In this document: positions 31,701 to 39,895 of the stretch, one piece after another | Layout: each line of letters begins with the position of its first letter | Position numbering within the stretch: position 1 is the first letter of the stretch | Virus record (IMG/VR): IMGVR_UViG_3300016665_000253 | Span: 1-43,726 of that record | Length of the DNA: 43,726 nucleotides | Source of the DNA: a virus | Direction: 5' to 3' (one strand) | The notes under the pieces: generated by a model | The model's input: the letters and a program-made list of their open reading frames with translations, nothing else | Database searches by the model: none | Told to the model about the DNA's origin: nothing | Translations under genes and position numbers: made by a program

Positions 31701-33509
31701 ATGACGCGGCGAGCTGCTGGCGCGCGCACTGACCGCCGCGTCATCAACAATCCTGAGCCGTCGTTTACGCCGACCGCCACATCGATGTTCGCGTGGTATC
31801 GCGAGACGATGAGCGTGTCGCAGTGGACTGACCTGACCGCAGGCGCGCGCCACGCGACGCAGGCCGTTGCGGGCAATCAGCCGACGTACACGGCCAGCGA
31901 CGCTGACTTCAACGGACAGCCTTCGCTGACGTTCACGACCGACGATTACATGAACTGCGGCGGTGTCGCGAGCGCGTGGTCGTTCCTGCACAACGCGACC
32001 GATGCGACGCTGTACATGGTCTTTCGGCCGTCGACGGCGACCGGCGAAACCAAGTACCTCTGGAACTCAATCGGCGATTTGACAGCCGCTAATAACGGCG
32101 TGTCGTTGCTCTACCACGCGACGACGCAGACGGGCGAGGTCTTCATCGGCAACGGCGGCGTCTCGCGCTGCGCGACGATGCTAGCCGCTGACTCCGAAGT
32201 TCTGCGCGACACCGCGCACGTGCTCGTCTACCGCAAGAACGCAAGCGGCTGGCAGATGTGGATTGACGGCGTGTTGCTGCTCAGCGGTGAGTACAACGGC
32301 GTGCCGTCCAACACAGCAGCAGCGGTGACGCCTTCGATTGGCGGATATTCGGCCTACTCCACGACGCGCCAGTTTGAAGGCAAGATGGCCGAGATTGGCG
32401 TGATGCAGTCGTATGCGTCAGTCGCTGCAATCACGGCTTACTGCCGCGCGCGGTACAACATCGCGACGACGCGCACGATTACGCATCGGAGCTCGTTTCA
32501 AGACGCGGTCAACGTCAATGCGGGTGCGCCGACTAACGGCCCGAAGGTCTGGTCGTACTACGGCAGCGTGTCGGCGACGCCGGGCACGACGAAGCAAGTT
32601 GCGCGCATCGTCTCGAGAGGCACCGCGTACAACGTCCAGACGCGCACCAACGGCCAACCGCAAAGCGTGACGGTCGCTGCTGACAACCGCTATCGCGTGC
32701 TGACCGTGCCGCTTGCGCCGAGTGGTCTGCCGACTGATGGCCGCGTCATCAAGGCGCTGCTGATCGTCGGCGAGAGCTGCGCGCGCGGACGCTCGTCGGT
32801 CGTTGGCGTTCCTACGGGCTATCCTCCTGCTGCGGGCGCGATTTACGCGTGGACGGGCGAGGACACGACGCTTGCCCTGCCAGCGATTGAGCAGCCTGTG
32901 TACACGTATCCCGTCGACGCGATTCTCAATGCAGACAGCGGCACTCCCGGCGTCGGCCCCGGTGGACTTGGCTCGTGGTACTTGCAAGTCGCAGAGAGCT
33001 CGTCGGCTGTCTGGCTGTCGGTGAATTGCGGCAAGGGCTCCACGACGTCGACCAACTGGAACAGCTCGACCACAAGCACCAACGCCATCCTCGGCGCGAC
33101 CATCGCGCGCGTGCGTCGCATCACCGATGCGGCAGCGGCATTCGGGCAGACCGTGCAATGGGTCGGCATCTACGTCGACCAGGGCATCAACGACGCAGTG
33201 AGCGGCACGCCGACGTGGGATACGAACTGGTCTGCTGTCGAAACGGCGCTGCGTGCGGAGCCGGGTCTTGCGACGGTGCCGCTGGTGTTCCGCAAGGAGC
33301 CGACGCTTGAGCCTACGGACGTCGCATATCCCGGCTGGTCTGCGGTGCGCACGCAGCAGGACGGCTGGCAGAAGGGCACGTCGCCAAAGCGCATCATGAT
33401 CAGCATCGACCCGCTGCCTGACTACGTCGAGGCTGCGAAAGTGCATCCCGGCACAGTCGCCAACGCGCAAATAGGCGCGGCCATCGCAGCCGCGATCAGG
33501 AGTGCATGA
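31701..33509 (+). CDS. Tail fibre/spike protein with a LamG-like lectin domain and a C-terminal SGNH/sialate-O-acetylesterase-like domain
   Basis: The LamG-like block is QPSLTFTTDDYM..LYMVFRP..WQMWIDGVLL..FEGKMAEIGV. The esterase-like blocks are LLIVGESCARG (compare GQSNmxG), VDQGINDA (compare QGEsD) and a distal VHPG. Confidence 0.55.
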   Translation: MTRRAAGARTDRRVINNPEPSFTPTATSMFAWYRETMSVSQWTDLTAGARHATQAVAGNQPTYTASDADFNGQPSLTFTTDDYMNCGGVASAWSFLHNATDATLYMVFRPSTATGETKYLWNSIGDLTAANNGVSLLYHATTQTGEVFIGNGGVSRCATMLAADSEVLRDTAHVLVYRKNASGWQMWIDGVLLLSGEYNGVPSNTAAAVTPSIGGYSAYSTTRQFEGKMAEIGVMQSYASVAAITAYCRARYNIATTRTITHRSSFQDAVNVNAGAPTNGPKVWSYYGSVSATPGTTKQVARIVSRGTAYNVQTRTNGQPQSVTVAADNRYRVLTVPLAPSGLPTDGRVIKALLIVGESCARGRSSVVGVPTGYPPAAGAIYAWTGEDTTLALPAIEQPVYTYPVDAILNADSGTPGVGPGGLGSWYLQVAESSSAVWLSVNCGKGSTTSTNWNSSTTSTNAILGATIARVRRITDAAAAFGQTVQWVGIYVDQGINDAVSGTPTWDTNWSAVETALRAEPGLATVPLVFRKEPTLEPTDVAYPGWSAVRTQQDGWQKGTSPKRIMISIDPLPDYVEAAKVHPGTVANAQIGAAIAAAIRSA

Positions 33510-33739
33510 TGCCGCAGACGCTGACGATTGGTGACGTGTTGGTGTGCCTGACGTACTGCGCTGTCGACGACGAGCGCGCACTCGACCTCGAGCTGCGCTA
33601 CGTCGACGGCGGCGTGGGCGTCGGCGCGTATCGCGCTAGCACGGGCCTCGTGCTTGATGCGGGCGCATTGTCGCCGTCGCTGCGTGCGTTGCTCGATGGT
33701 GCGTGTGCGGACGCGCTCGCGACGTGGAACGCGCAATGA
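33506..33739 (+). CDS. Hypothetical protein (77 aa)
   Basis: ATGA overlap. The ORF is in the track. Confidence 0.45.
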   Translation: MMPQTLTIGDVLVCLTYCAVDDERALDLELRYVDGGVGVGAYRASTGLVLDAGALSPSLRALLDGACADALATWNAQ

Positions 33740-33754
33740 CCAAGGAGTGCGGCG

Positions 33755-34105
33755 ATGAACATCTGGCAACTCATCGCCGCGCTTGCGGGCACGCCGTCTG
33801 TCGCGCTTGTCATCAGGTCGATCTTTCGGCGGCTTGATGGCAGTGCGCGCGCGACGTCTCGCGAAGTCGACTATCTTCGCGGCGAACTTGTGCGCGAGCG
33901 CCAGCAGTGCGCCGACGAGAAGGCCGAGCTCGAAGCGCGCATCGCGTTTCAGGTCGAAGTGCACGAGACGCAGCGCAAGCAGATCAACTCGCTTGAACGG
34001 CGCAACATCGAGCTCAAGGCCGAGTTAGACGTCGCGCATCAAGACCTTATCGGGATGCGCGCTGTGATGCGATGGGCTACGCATCAATCAGGAGACGGCG
34101 AATGA
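33755..34105 (+). CDS. Membrane-anchored coiled-coil protein (i-spanin- or holin-regulator-like)
   Basis: The N-terminal hydrophobic segment IWQLIAALAGTPSVALVI is followed by a heptad-like charged helix. Confidence 0.45.
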   Translation: MNIWQLIAALAGTPSVALVIRSIFRRLDGSARATSREVDYLRGELVRERQQCADEKAELEARIAFQVEVHETQRKQINSLERRNIELKAELDVAHQDLIGMRAVMRWATHQSGDGE

Positions 34106-34338
34106 CGAAGAAGAAGCCGACCAAGTCTGCTCCGCACCGTCGCGTGCGAATCACGCTCGCGATGGTTGCAGGCTGGCTGACGAGCGTGTCGATGGTGCTC
34201 GCGGCCGTGCTGCCGGTGCTGCCGGAATCGACGCCGTCGTGGCTGCGCGAGGTGCTCGCCGTGCTCGCGGTCGGCATCGCAGCGACGCTGCAATCGTGGC
34301 GCACGCCGTCGTCGCCGGAAGGGCAGGGCGAGACATGA
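34102..34338 (+). CDS. Holin candidate (two transmembrane segments, 78 aa)
   Basis: ATGA overlap. Basic N-terminus MTKKKPTK, TM1 ITLAMVAGWLTSVSMVLAAVLPVL, TM2 VLAVLAVGIAATL. Confidence 0.5.
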   Translation: MTKKKPTKSAPHRRVRITLAMVAGWLTSVSMVLAAVLPVLPESTPSWLREVLAVLAVGIAATLQSWRTPSSPEGQGET

Positions 34339-34859
34339 TCGCGCTCTTGTCCTCGCGCGAATTCCAGCGTCGTGGCGTCATTGCACTCGGCGTGGCGTGG
34401 CTCGTCGCGCTTGCGGGCCTCGTGCTCGCGGCGTGCTTGACCGGCTGCGGGCCCAGCGCGCTCGCCATCCACGCAGGCGCTGCCGACGTCGCTGGCGTCG
34501 CGATCAACGCTACCGGCGACGAGCTCGTGGCCGCGCGCGGTCGTGCGCTGCATGAGGCCGTTGACGAGGCCCCGTCGCGCGAGGTCGCGGAGAGCGCCGT
34601 CGAGGTCGTCGTCGCGCGATTTCTGCCAGCGCTTGAGGCGTACGACGCGCTGCGCTTGACACACGATGCCTACGTCGACGCGCTTGTCCTCGCGGCGGCT
34701 GGTGCGCCTGTTGACGTTGGACGCTGGGCGCATCTCGCGTCGCGACTTGTCCAGGCATGGCAGGCGTGGGCGTCTGCGGGGCGCTCGCTGGGCGTCGACG
34801 TCGTCGGCCCACCTGCTGCGCTGGTAGGCGTCGCTGCGGCCGCTGGAGGTGCCCTATGA
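34335..34859 (+). CDS. Lipoprotein (174 aa), lysis-cassette associated
   Basis: ATGA overlap. Signal peptide with lipobox LVLAAC/LTGC. Confidence 0.5.
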   Translation: MIALLSSREFQRRGVIALGVAWLVALAGLVLAACLTGCGPSALAIHAGAADVAGVAINATGDELVAARGRALHEAVDEAPSREVAESAVEVVVARFLPALEAYDALRLTHDAYVDALVLAAAGAPVDVGRWAHLASRLVQAWQAWASAGRSLGVDVVGPPAALVGVAAAAGGAL

Positions 34860-35113
34860 GCCTTGCGGACGGGCTGGACGCTGCGGCGGTGGCTGCGGAC
34901 GCGACGGCGGCTGCTGCGCCTGCTGGCGTGCCGCGCACGGTGGCGCTCATCGTCGCGGCTGCGCTGCGCATGGCGGCACGGCTGGCGCGCGCTGGACAGA
35001 GCCCGGCAGCCATCGTCGAGGCTATCGAGCGTGTCGCGCCGCTGGACGAGCGCATCGCGCAGCAGGACGCCGACATCGCGGCCCGCATCGCGGAGCGGTG
35101 GCCTCGTGACTGA
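34856..35113 (+). CDS. Hypothetical protein (85 aa) with one hydrophobic segment
   Basis: ATGA overlap. MSLADGLD..RTVALIVAAALRMAA. Confidence 0.4.
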   Translation: MSLADGLDAAAVAADATAAAAPAGVPRTVALIVAAALRMAARLARAGQSPAAIVEAIERVAPLDERIAQQDADIAARIAERWPRD

Positions 35114-35252
35114 GCATCCGCGCGAGCAGGTACTGCGCGCCGCGCTGGCGCTCGTCAGGGCGCGTCAGGCTGAGGGCCTACCGCGCGCACGGGTGCAGGA
35201 GCTCGAGCGCGCTCTCGAGGCTGCTGCGCGCCGCTACTGGGCTGCGCTGTGA
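35106..35252 (+). CDS. Hypothetical small protein (48 aa)
   Basis: GTG 35106 overlaps the upstream stop. The sequence is helical and Arg/Ala-rich. Confidence 0.3.
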   Translation: MTEHPREQVLRAALALVRARQAEGLPRARVQELERALEAAARRYWAAL

Positions 35253-35390
35253 GGCGTGCGCTAAATGCGCTTGTCGCCGATGCGGCGCTGACTCTGTGGC
35301 AGGTGCTGCTATGGCTACGCTGCGAGCGCGCTGCGCTAGCTGTCGGGATGTGGGCATGGCGGCGACTCGGACGCCTGTAGGAGCGATGCG

Positions 35391-35993
35391 ATGACGTGCG
35401 AGCAGCCGGTGGTGGATGGTCGGACGCTTTCGCCTGCGTGCTGGTGGCAACCGCCGCAGGAAGGCTGTCGCAAGCGCAAGTCGCCTCCGCGCGCGGTGGT
35501 CTGGCACTGGACGGCAGGCGAGCGTCCTGCGGAGGGCGTCTGCTCGACGCTGCGCTCGCGCAAGCTCTCGATCCACTACGTCATCGACTTCGACGGCCGC
35601 ATCGTCGAGTGCGCCGACCCGGCGACGACGGTGGCGTACCACGCAGGCACGGCCAACGAGTGGACCGTGGGCGTCGAGATTGTCTCGCGTGGCGTTCAGC
35701 CTGCGCTGCCTACGCGTCCTCGTGAGCCGGTATCGGTGCGCGTGCACAATCGACCTGTCGCTGCGCTGAACTTCTCGTTCGCGCAATACCTGTCGATTCA
35801 GTCGCTCGCGGAGCAGCTCTCGCACGACCTCGGCATTCCACGCGTGTGTGCGAGCTATGAGCCGCAGGTGATGACGCCAGGCGCGCAAGCAGCGTTTAGC
35901 GGTCATCTCGAGCACGCGCACCTGAGCGCAGGCAAGGTCGACTCGGGCGGTTTGGTCATGCGCTTCCTGCGGGAGCGCTGGGATATCAAGTAA
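35391..35993 (+). CDS. Endolysin: N-acetylmuramoyl-L-alanine amidase (Amidase_2/PGRP, T7-lysozyme-like)
   Basis: GGAG RBS. VVWHWTAGE..LSIHYVIDFDGRIVE..VAYHAGTANEWTVGVEI matches Amidase_2 zinc-ligand blocks. Confidence 0.8.
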   Translation: MTCEQPVVDGRTLSPACWWQPPQEGCRKRKSPPRAVVWHWTAGERPAEGVCSTLRSRKLSIHYVIDFDGRIVECADPATTVAYHAGTANEWTVGVEIVSRGVQPALPTRPREPVSVRVHNRPVAALNFSFAQYLSIQSLAEQLSHDLGIPRVCASYEPQVMTPGAQAAFSGHLEHAHLSAGKVDSGGLVMRFLRERWDIK

Positions 35994-36005
35994 GGAGCGA
36001 TCATC

Positions 36006-36413
36006 ATGGCTGTTCAGCTTTCCATCGCAGTTCGTAACGCGCGCCTCGACGCGATCGAGACGAGCATCGGCACGTCGGCCGTTCTCAAGATTCGCTCGGG
36101 CGCGCAGCCCGCGACGTGCGCGACCGCTGACAGCGGCACCGTGCTCGCGACGCTCAATCTGCCGACCGACTGGATGGCGGCTGCGTCGTCGGGCAGCAAG
36201 GCCATCCTCGGCACGTGGCAAGACCTGAGCGCCGATGCGACGGGCACTGCTGGCCATTTCCGCATTTACGATAGCGGTGGCACGACGTGCGGCATTCAAG
36301 GCAGCATCACCGCGACGGGCGGCGGTGGTGACATGACGCTCGACAACACCAGCATCGCGACTGGCCAGACCGTCACCATCACGAGCTTCACGCTCACCGA
36401 CGCAAACGCCTGA
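36006..36413 (+). CDS. Hypothetical structural protein (135 aa)
   Basis: AGGAG RBS. MAVQLSIAVRNARLDAIETSIG.. Confidence 0.5.
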   Translation: MAVQLSIAVRNARLDAIETSIGTSAVLKIRSGAQPATCATADSGTVLATLNLPTDWMAAASSGSKAILGTWQDLSADATGTAGHFRIYDSGGTTCGIQGSITATGGGGDMTLDNTSIATGQTVTITSFTLTDANA

Positions 36414-36556
36414 TGCGCTGCCCCGATTGTGGTGGCAATGGCCAGCATCCAGCCGAGACGCAGTGCGCGCTCTGCGAGGGGCGCGGTCACGACAACTCGG
36501 GCATTGGCTGGCCGACTGAATCCGAAGACGACCCACCTCCTGCGACTGAGGGCTGA
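36413..36556 (+). CDS. 47-aa DnaJ-type zinc-finger mini-protein (two CxxCxGxG repeats); absent from the ORF track
   Basis: TGATG overlap. Hand translation gives MRCPDCGGNGQHPAETQCALCEGRGHDNSGIGWPTESEDDPPPATEG*. The next gene starts 3 nt after its stop. Confidence 0.55.
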   Translation: MRCPDCGGNGQHPAETQCALCEGRGHDNSGIGWPTESEDDPPPATEG

Positions 36557-36558
36557 GC

Positions 36559-37356
36559 ATGGCAATCACAACTCTTGACGGCCTCATCGCATCAACGAAA
36601 CAGCGCGTGCGCTACACGAAGACCGCGTCGCGCACGACTGTCGCAAACGGCTGGTTTTCGCTGATTGACCTCGCGGGCCAACCCGGCGCAGGCGTGCTCG
36701 CGGGCACGTCAACGACTGCTGGTGTCGTGCCGACTGATTTGACGGCGGGCTATCCACTAATCAACGCATTCGGCGGTGGCGCGAGCGGCGACCTCGGCCG
36801 CATCGCATTCGGCAACACCGTCGCGTGTCGCATCGCCGTCTTTGATCGCCTGTTTCTCGCAGGCGCATATGCGTTCAACGCGAACACCGCGCTTACAGCA
36901 CAACCGTCGTTTTCGTCGCGCGTGCCCGGCACAAACTACGCGGGCCTCGAGATTTGGTGCGAGCAAGTCACGGCTGCGACTGGCAACCAGGCGGTCAACG
37001 TCACCTACGTCAACGAAAGCGGCACGGGCTCGCGCACGACTGGCGCTGTCGGCATCGGTGCCGCACAGACTGTCGGCCGCTGCTGGCAGCTCCCGCTGCA
37101 ATCCGGCGACAGCGGCGTGCAGCGCATCGACAACGTGACGGGCACCGTCGCTACAGTCGGCACCTTCAACGTGATGGTGTTGCGCCGTCTCGCAGAGGGC
37201 CGCGTGCCGATTGCGAATGGCCTCGACCGTCAATCGGTCATCGACGTCGGCGCGCTGCTTGACGTGTACGCCGACTCCGCGTTTTACGTGCTTATCGCTG
37301 CTGACAGCACGTCGTCGGGTCTTCCTGACGTCGACTTCCAAGTGGTCAACGGCTGA
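36559..37356 (+). CDS. Hypothetical structural protein (265 aa)
   Basis: The ORF is in the track and tightly packed. Confidence 0.5.
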   Translation: MAITTLDGLIASTKQRVRYTKTASRTTVANGWFSLIDLAGQPGAGVLAGTSTTAGVVPTDLTAGYPLINAFGGGASGDLGRIAFGNTVACRIAVFDRLFLAGAYAFNANTALTAQPSFSSRVPGTNYAGLEIWCEQVTAATGNQAVNVTYVNESGTGSRTTGAVGIGAAQTVGRCWQLPLQSGDSGVQRIDNVTGTVATVGTFNVMVLRRLAEGRVPIANGLDRQSVIDVGALLDVYADSAFYVLIAADSTSSGLPDVDFQVVNG

Positions 37357-37367
37357 CGAGGTAGACC

Positions 37368-38459
37368 ATGGCGACGTCGCTTGACCGTGCGCTCGTCGGC
37401 CTGCTCAACAGCATCGAGGTCTTTGGCCTCGGCGACAATACCGGCGTCACCGGCAGCGCCGCGATTACCCTCGACGCGCTCACGTCCTCGAGCGCGGGCA
37501 CCGTCGCAATCGACGGCGACGCGAGCATCACGCTCGGCGCGCTCACGTCGTCGTCGGCAGGCACGGTCGCGATCGATGGCGATGCTGCGGTCACGCTCGG
37601 CGCGGCGACGGTCGCGAGCGACGGCACTGTCGCGTCGCCAGGTACGAACGGCACGCTCGCAGTAACGCTCGGCGCGGCCACGCTGTCGAGCGCTGCGACG
37701 GTGCTGGTCGACGGCGACGCGGCCATCACGCTCGGCGCTGCGACCTCGACGAGCGCGGGCACGGTGCTCGTGTCGGGCGCGCTGTCGGCAACGCTCGGCG
37801 CTGCAACGCTGTCGAGCGCTGGCGGTGTCGTCGTCGACGGTGACCTCGCTGCGACACTCGGCACGCTGACGTCGAGCTCGGCCGCGACGGTCGCGATCGA
37901 TGGCGACCTCGCCACGACGCTCGGCACGCTGACGAGCAGCAGCGCGGGCGGCGTCGTCGTCGATGGCGATGCGTCGGTCACGCTCGGCACGTTGACGCTC
38001 GCGGCTGATGGTCTGGTACTCAGCGGCATCAACGGCAGCGCGTCGATCACGCTCGGCACGCTGACGCTCGCCAGCGCCTCCACAGTCGCCGTGCAGGGCG
38101 CAGCCGCCCTGACGCTCGGTGCAGCGACGTCGGCCGCAGCAGGCGGCGTCCTCATAGCCGGAACGGCCAGCGTTGCGCTTAATGCGGCGACGGTCGCGAG
38201 CGCGGGTCGCGTCGACCCTAACGGCACGGCCGCGATCACGCTCGGCGCGCTCACCGCAAGCGGCACGCTACAAGTCGAGACGCGCGGGCAGCTCGCCGTC
38301 ACGCTCGGCGTGCTCGAACTGTTCGCGACGAACGTCCCGTTTGTGCCTGCTGCTCGGCGCACGACTGAAACGCCGGGCCAGCCGCGCGCCATTGAGGCTA
38401 TCGCGCCACCGCGCGCAAACGACGTCCCGCGTCAGGCTCGCGTCGTCCGCGCAGCATAG
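37368..38459 (+). CDS. Repeat protein: 13-14 tandem 21-24-aa TLGxxT..G.V..DGD repeats (fibre-like)
   Basis: Repeats include ITLGALTSSSAGTVAIDGDAA and VTLGAATLSSAATVLVDGDAA. The non-repeat C-terminus is ..FVPAARRTTETPGQPR..RQARVVRAA. Confidence 0.65.
   Translation: MATSLDRALVGLLNSIEVFGLGDNTGVTGSAAITLDALTSSSAGTVAIDGDASITLGALTSSSAGTVAIDGDAAVTLGAATVASDGTVASPGTNGTLAVTLGAATLSSAATVLVDGDAAITLGAATSTSAGTVLVSGALSATLGAATLSSAGGVVVDGDLAATLGTLTSSSAATVAIDGDLATTLGTLTSSSAGGVVVDGDASVTLGTLTLAADGLVLSGINGSASITLGTLTLASASTVAVQGAAALTLGAATSAAAGGVLIAGTASVALNAATVASAGRVDPNGTAAITLGALTASGTLQVETRGQLAVTLGVLELFATNVPFVPAARRTTETPGQPRAIEAIAPPRANDVPRQARVVRAA
37464..38330 (+). repeat. Tandem ~63-bp coding repeats (diverged)
   Basis: The periodic ..acgctcggcgc.. 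unit recurs about every 63 nt and underlies the 21-aa protein repeat. Confidence 0.7.
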
Positions 38460-38470
38460 GAGAGCGCAGC

Positions 38471-39379
38471 ATGGCTAAGGCTACCAACGTCAACATCTCG
38501 TGCTCATCGCGGCAGGGCTCGCAACTGCTGTTTGAGCTCAAGACGCTGTTGCTCGCCAACGGATGGACGATCACCGGCACGAGCGACGGCACGACGGCGA
38601 CCAACGGCGCAAGCCCCGATCGCGTCAACACGGTTGCGCTTTTCGACGTCACGAACGCGTGGTTCGTGCTCGCGGACCCCAGTGGTACGTGCTGGATTTA
38701 CGCGCAGCGCGGTGCGTCGAACACGACATTTACTATCAAAGTCTCGCGCGTGGCACCGCAGACCAACGGCACAGCGACGACGCTTCCAACCTGCGCGACT
38801 GCTAGCAACGAAACGACGCTCATCAACAACGCGACGTTCGTCAATTCCTCGGGCAGCGCTCGCGCTCACATCGTTACGTACAACTCGTCGGAGAACGCAG
38901 CAGGCGTGCGCCCTTTCTACGCGATGATGACCGATGGTACGTCGACGTTGCTCGGCAGCTTCGTCGTCGAGGCCATCGCCGATAGCACGTACGACTCCGC
39001 GAACGCGTATCCATGGGTGACCGCAGCAGGCGCAGGTAACGCGGGCCTCGATTACACCGGCTCGCGGTGGACCTACTACTACTCGCCGACCAGCGTTTTC
39101 GTCACGACTGACTGGTCGTTCTATGTTTACGGCGCGGGCCTCACGCAGATGTATCCCGCAGCGGCGAGCCCGTGGAGCGGCGAAGACGTCGCAATGCCGG
39201 TGCTGATTGGCAAGGGCAGCTCCAACTCGCCAGCCAACGTGCTCGGCTATCTCAAAAACATCCGATATGCGGCGTTCTATCGCAACTATCCAAACACCCT
39301 GACGACGCCAGGCGGCGAGCGGTACGTGTATGCCGTCTTCTTCGTCGTCCCATACGCAAACGGCGTGACTCCGCTCTGA
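38471..39379 (+). CDS. Hypothetical Asn/Ser/Thr/aromatic-rich protein (302 aa), receptor-binding candidate
   Basis: AGGAGAG RBS. The gene is flanked by the two repeat-protein genes. The functional suggestion is based on composition only. Confidence 0.5.
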   Translation: MAKATNVNISCSSRQGSQLLFELKTLLLANGWTITGTSDGTTATNGASPDRVNTVALFDVTNAWFVLADPSGTCWIYAQRGASNTTFTIKVSRVAPQTNGTATTLPTCATASNETTLINNATFVNSSGSARAHIVTYNSSENAAGVRPFYAMMTDGTSTLLGSFVVEAIADSTYDSANAYPWVTAAGAGNAGLDYTGSRWTYYYSPTSVFVTTDWSFYVYGAGLTQMYPAAASPWSGEDVAMPVLIGKGSSNSPANVLGYLKNIRYAAFYRNYPNTLTTPGGERYVYAVFFVVPYANGVTPL

Positions 39380-39385
39380 GGCATC

Positions 39386-39895
39386 GTGGCCGATTACACC
39401 GGGTACATCGTCGCGATTCTCGGCGTTGTCGACGGTGACCAGACGCGCGTCGGTGCAGTGTGGCCTATCTCAGAGGTCATCTACGGCCGCCCGAATCGCG
39501 ACGTCGGCACAGCCACCATTACGCTCGGGGCGGCGACGGCAAGCGCGGCAGGCGCGGTCATCGTCGACGGCGATGCATCGATCGCGCTTGGCTCAGCTAC
39601 GCTTAGCAGCGCGGGCATCGTCGCATCAGCGGCTGTTACTGGGCAACTCACCGTCACGCTTGGTGCCGCAACGCTAAGCAGCTCAGGCACCGTCGCGTCG
39701 CCTGCAATCGCTGGTCAACTCGCCGTCACGCTCGGCGCTCTCAGCGTCGCCAGCGCAGGCACAGTCGCCGAGTTTGTGCCGTCGCGCGAGCGGACAAAGC
39801 GCGTGCCGTCGTGGCCGCGCGTGCTGCTCGCTGAGAATCCCGACCGCGTGATCGAACTCTACCGCCCACCGCGCACCGTGAGGACTGCCGCATGA
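39386..39895 (+). CDS. Short paralog of the TLG-repeat protein (4 repeats, 169 aa)
   Basis: GTG start. ITLGAATASAAGAVIVDGDAS, IALGSATLSSAG.., VTLGAATLSSSG.., VTLGALSVASAGTV. The C-terminus EFVPSRERTKRVPSWPR..RTVRTAA parallels that of 37368..38459. Confidence 0.6.
   Translation: MADYTGYIVAILGVVDGDQTRVGAVWPISEVIYGRPNRDVGTATITLGAATASAAGAVIVDGDASIALGSATLSSAGIVASAAVTGQLTVTLGAATLSSSGTVASPAIAGQLAVTLGALSVASAGTVAEFVPSRERTKRVPSWPRVLLAENPDRVIELYRPPRTVRTAA

Noticed and set aside
35253-35390. Possible small hydrophobic ORFs (for example from GTG 35303, VLLWLRCERAALAVGMWAWRRLGRL) in the gap before the endolysin gene.
   Set aside because: There is no RBS, the start is non-ATG and the ORF is very short. 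I cannot distinguish it from chance in high-GC sequence, so the gap is left as intergenic.
37464-39769. A diversity-generating retroelement (template/variable repeat pair) explaining the two related repeat arrays.
   Set aside because: No reverse transcriptase ORF exists anywhere in the window. The two arrays are diverged at all base types rather than only at adenines, and they are internal tandem repeats rather than a single VR/TR pair.
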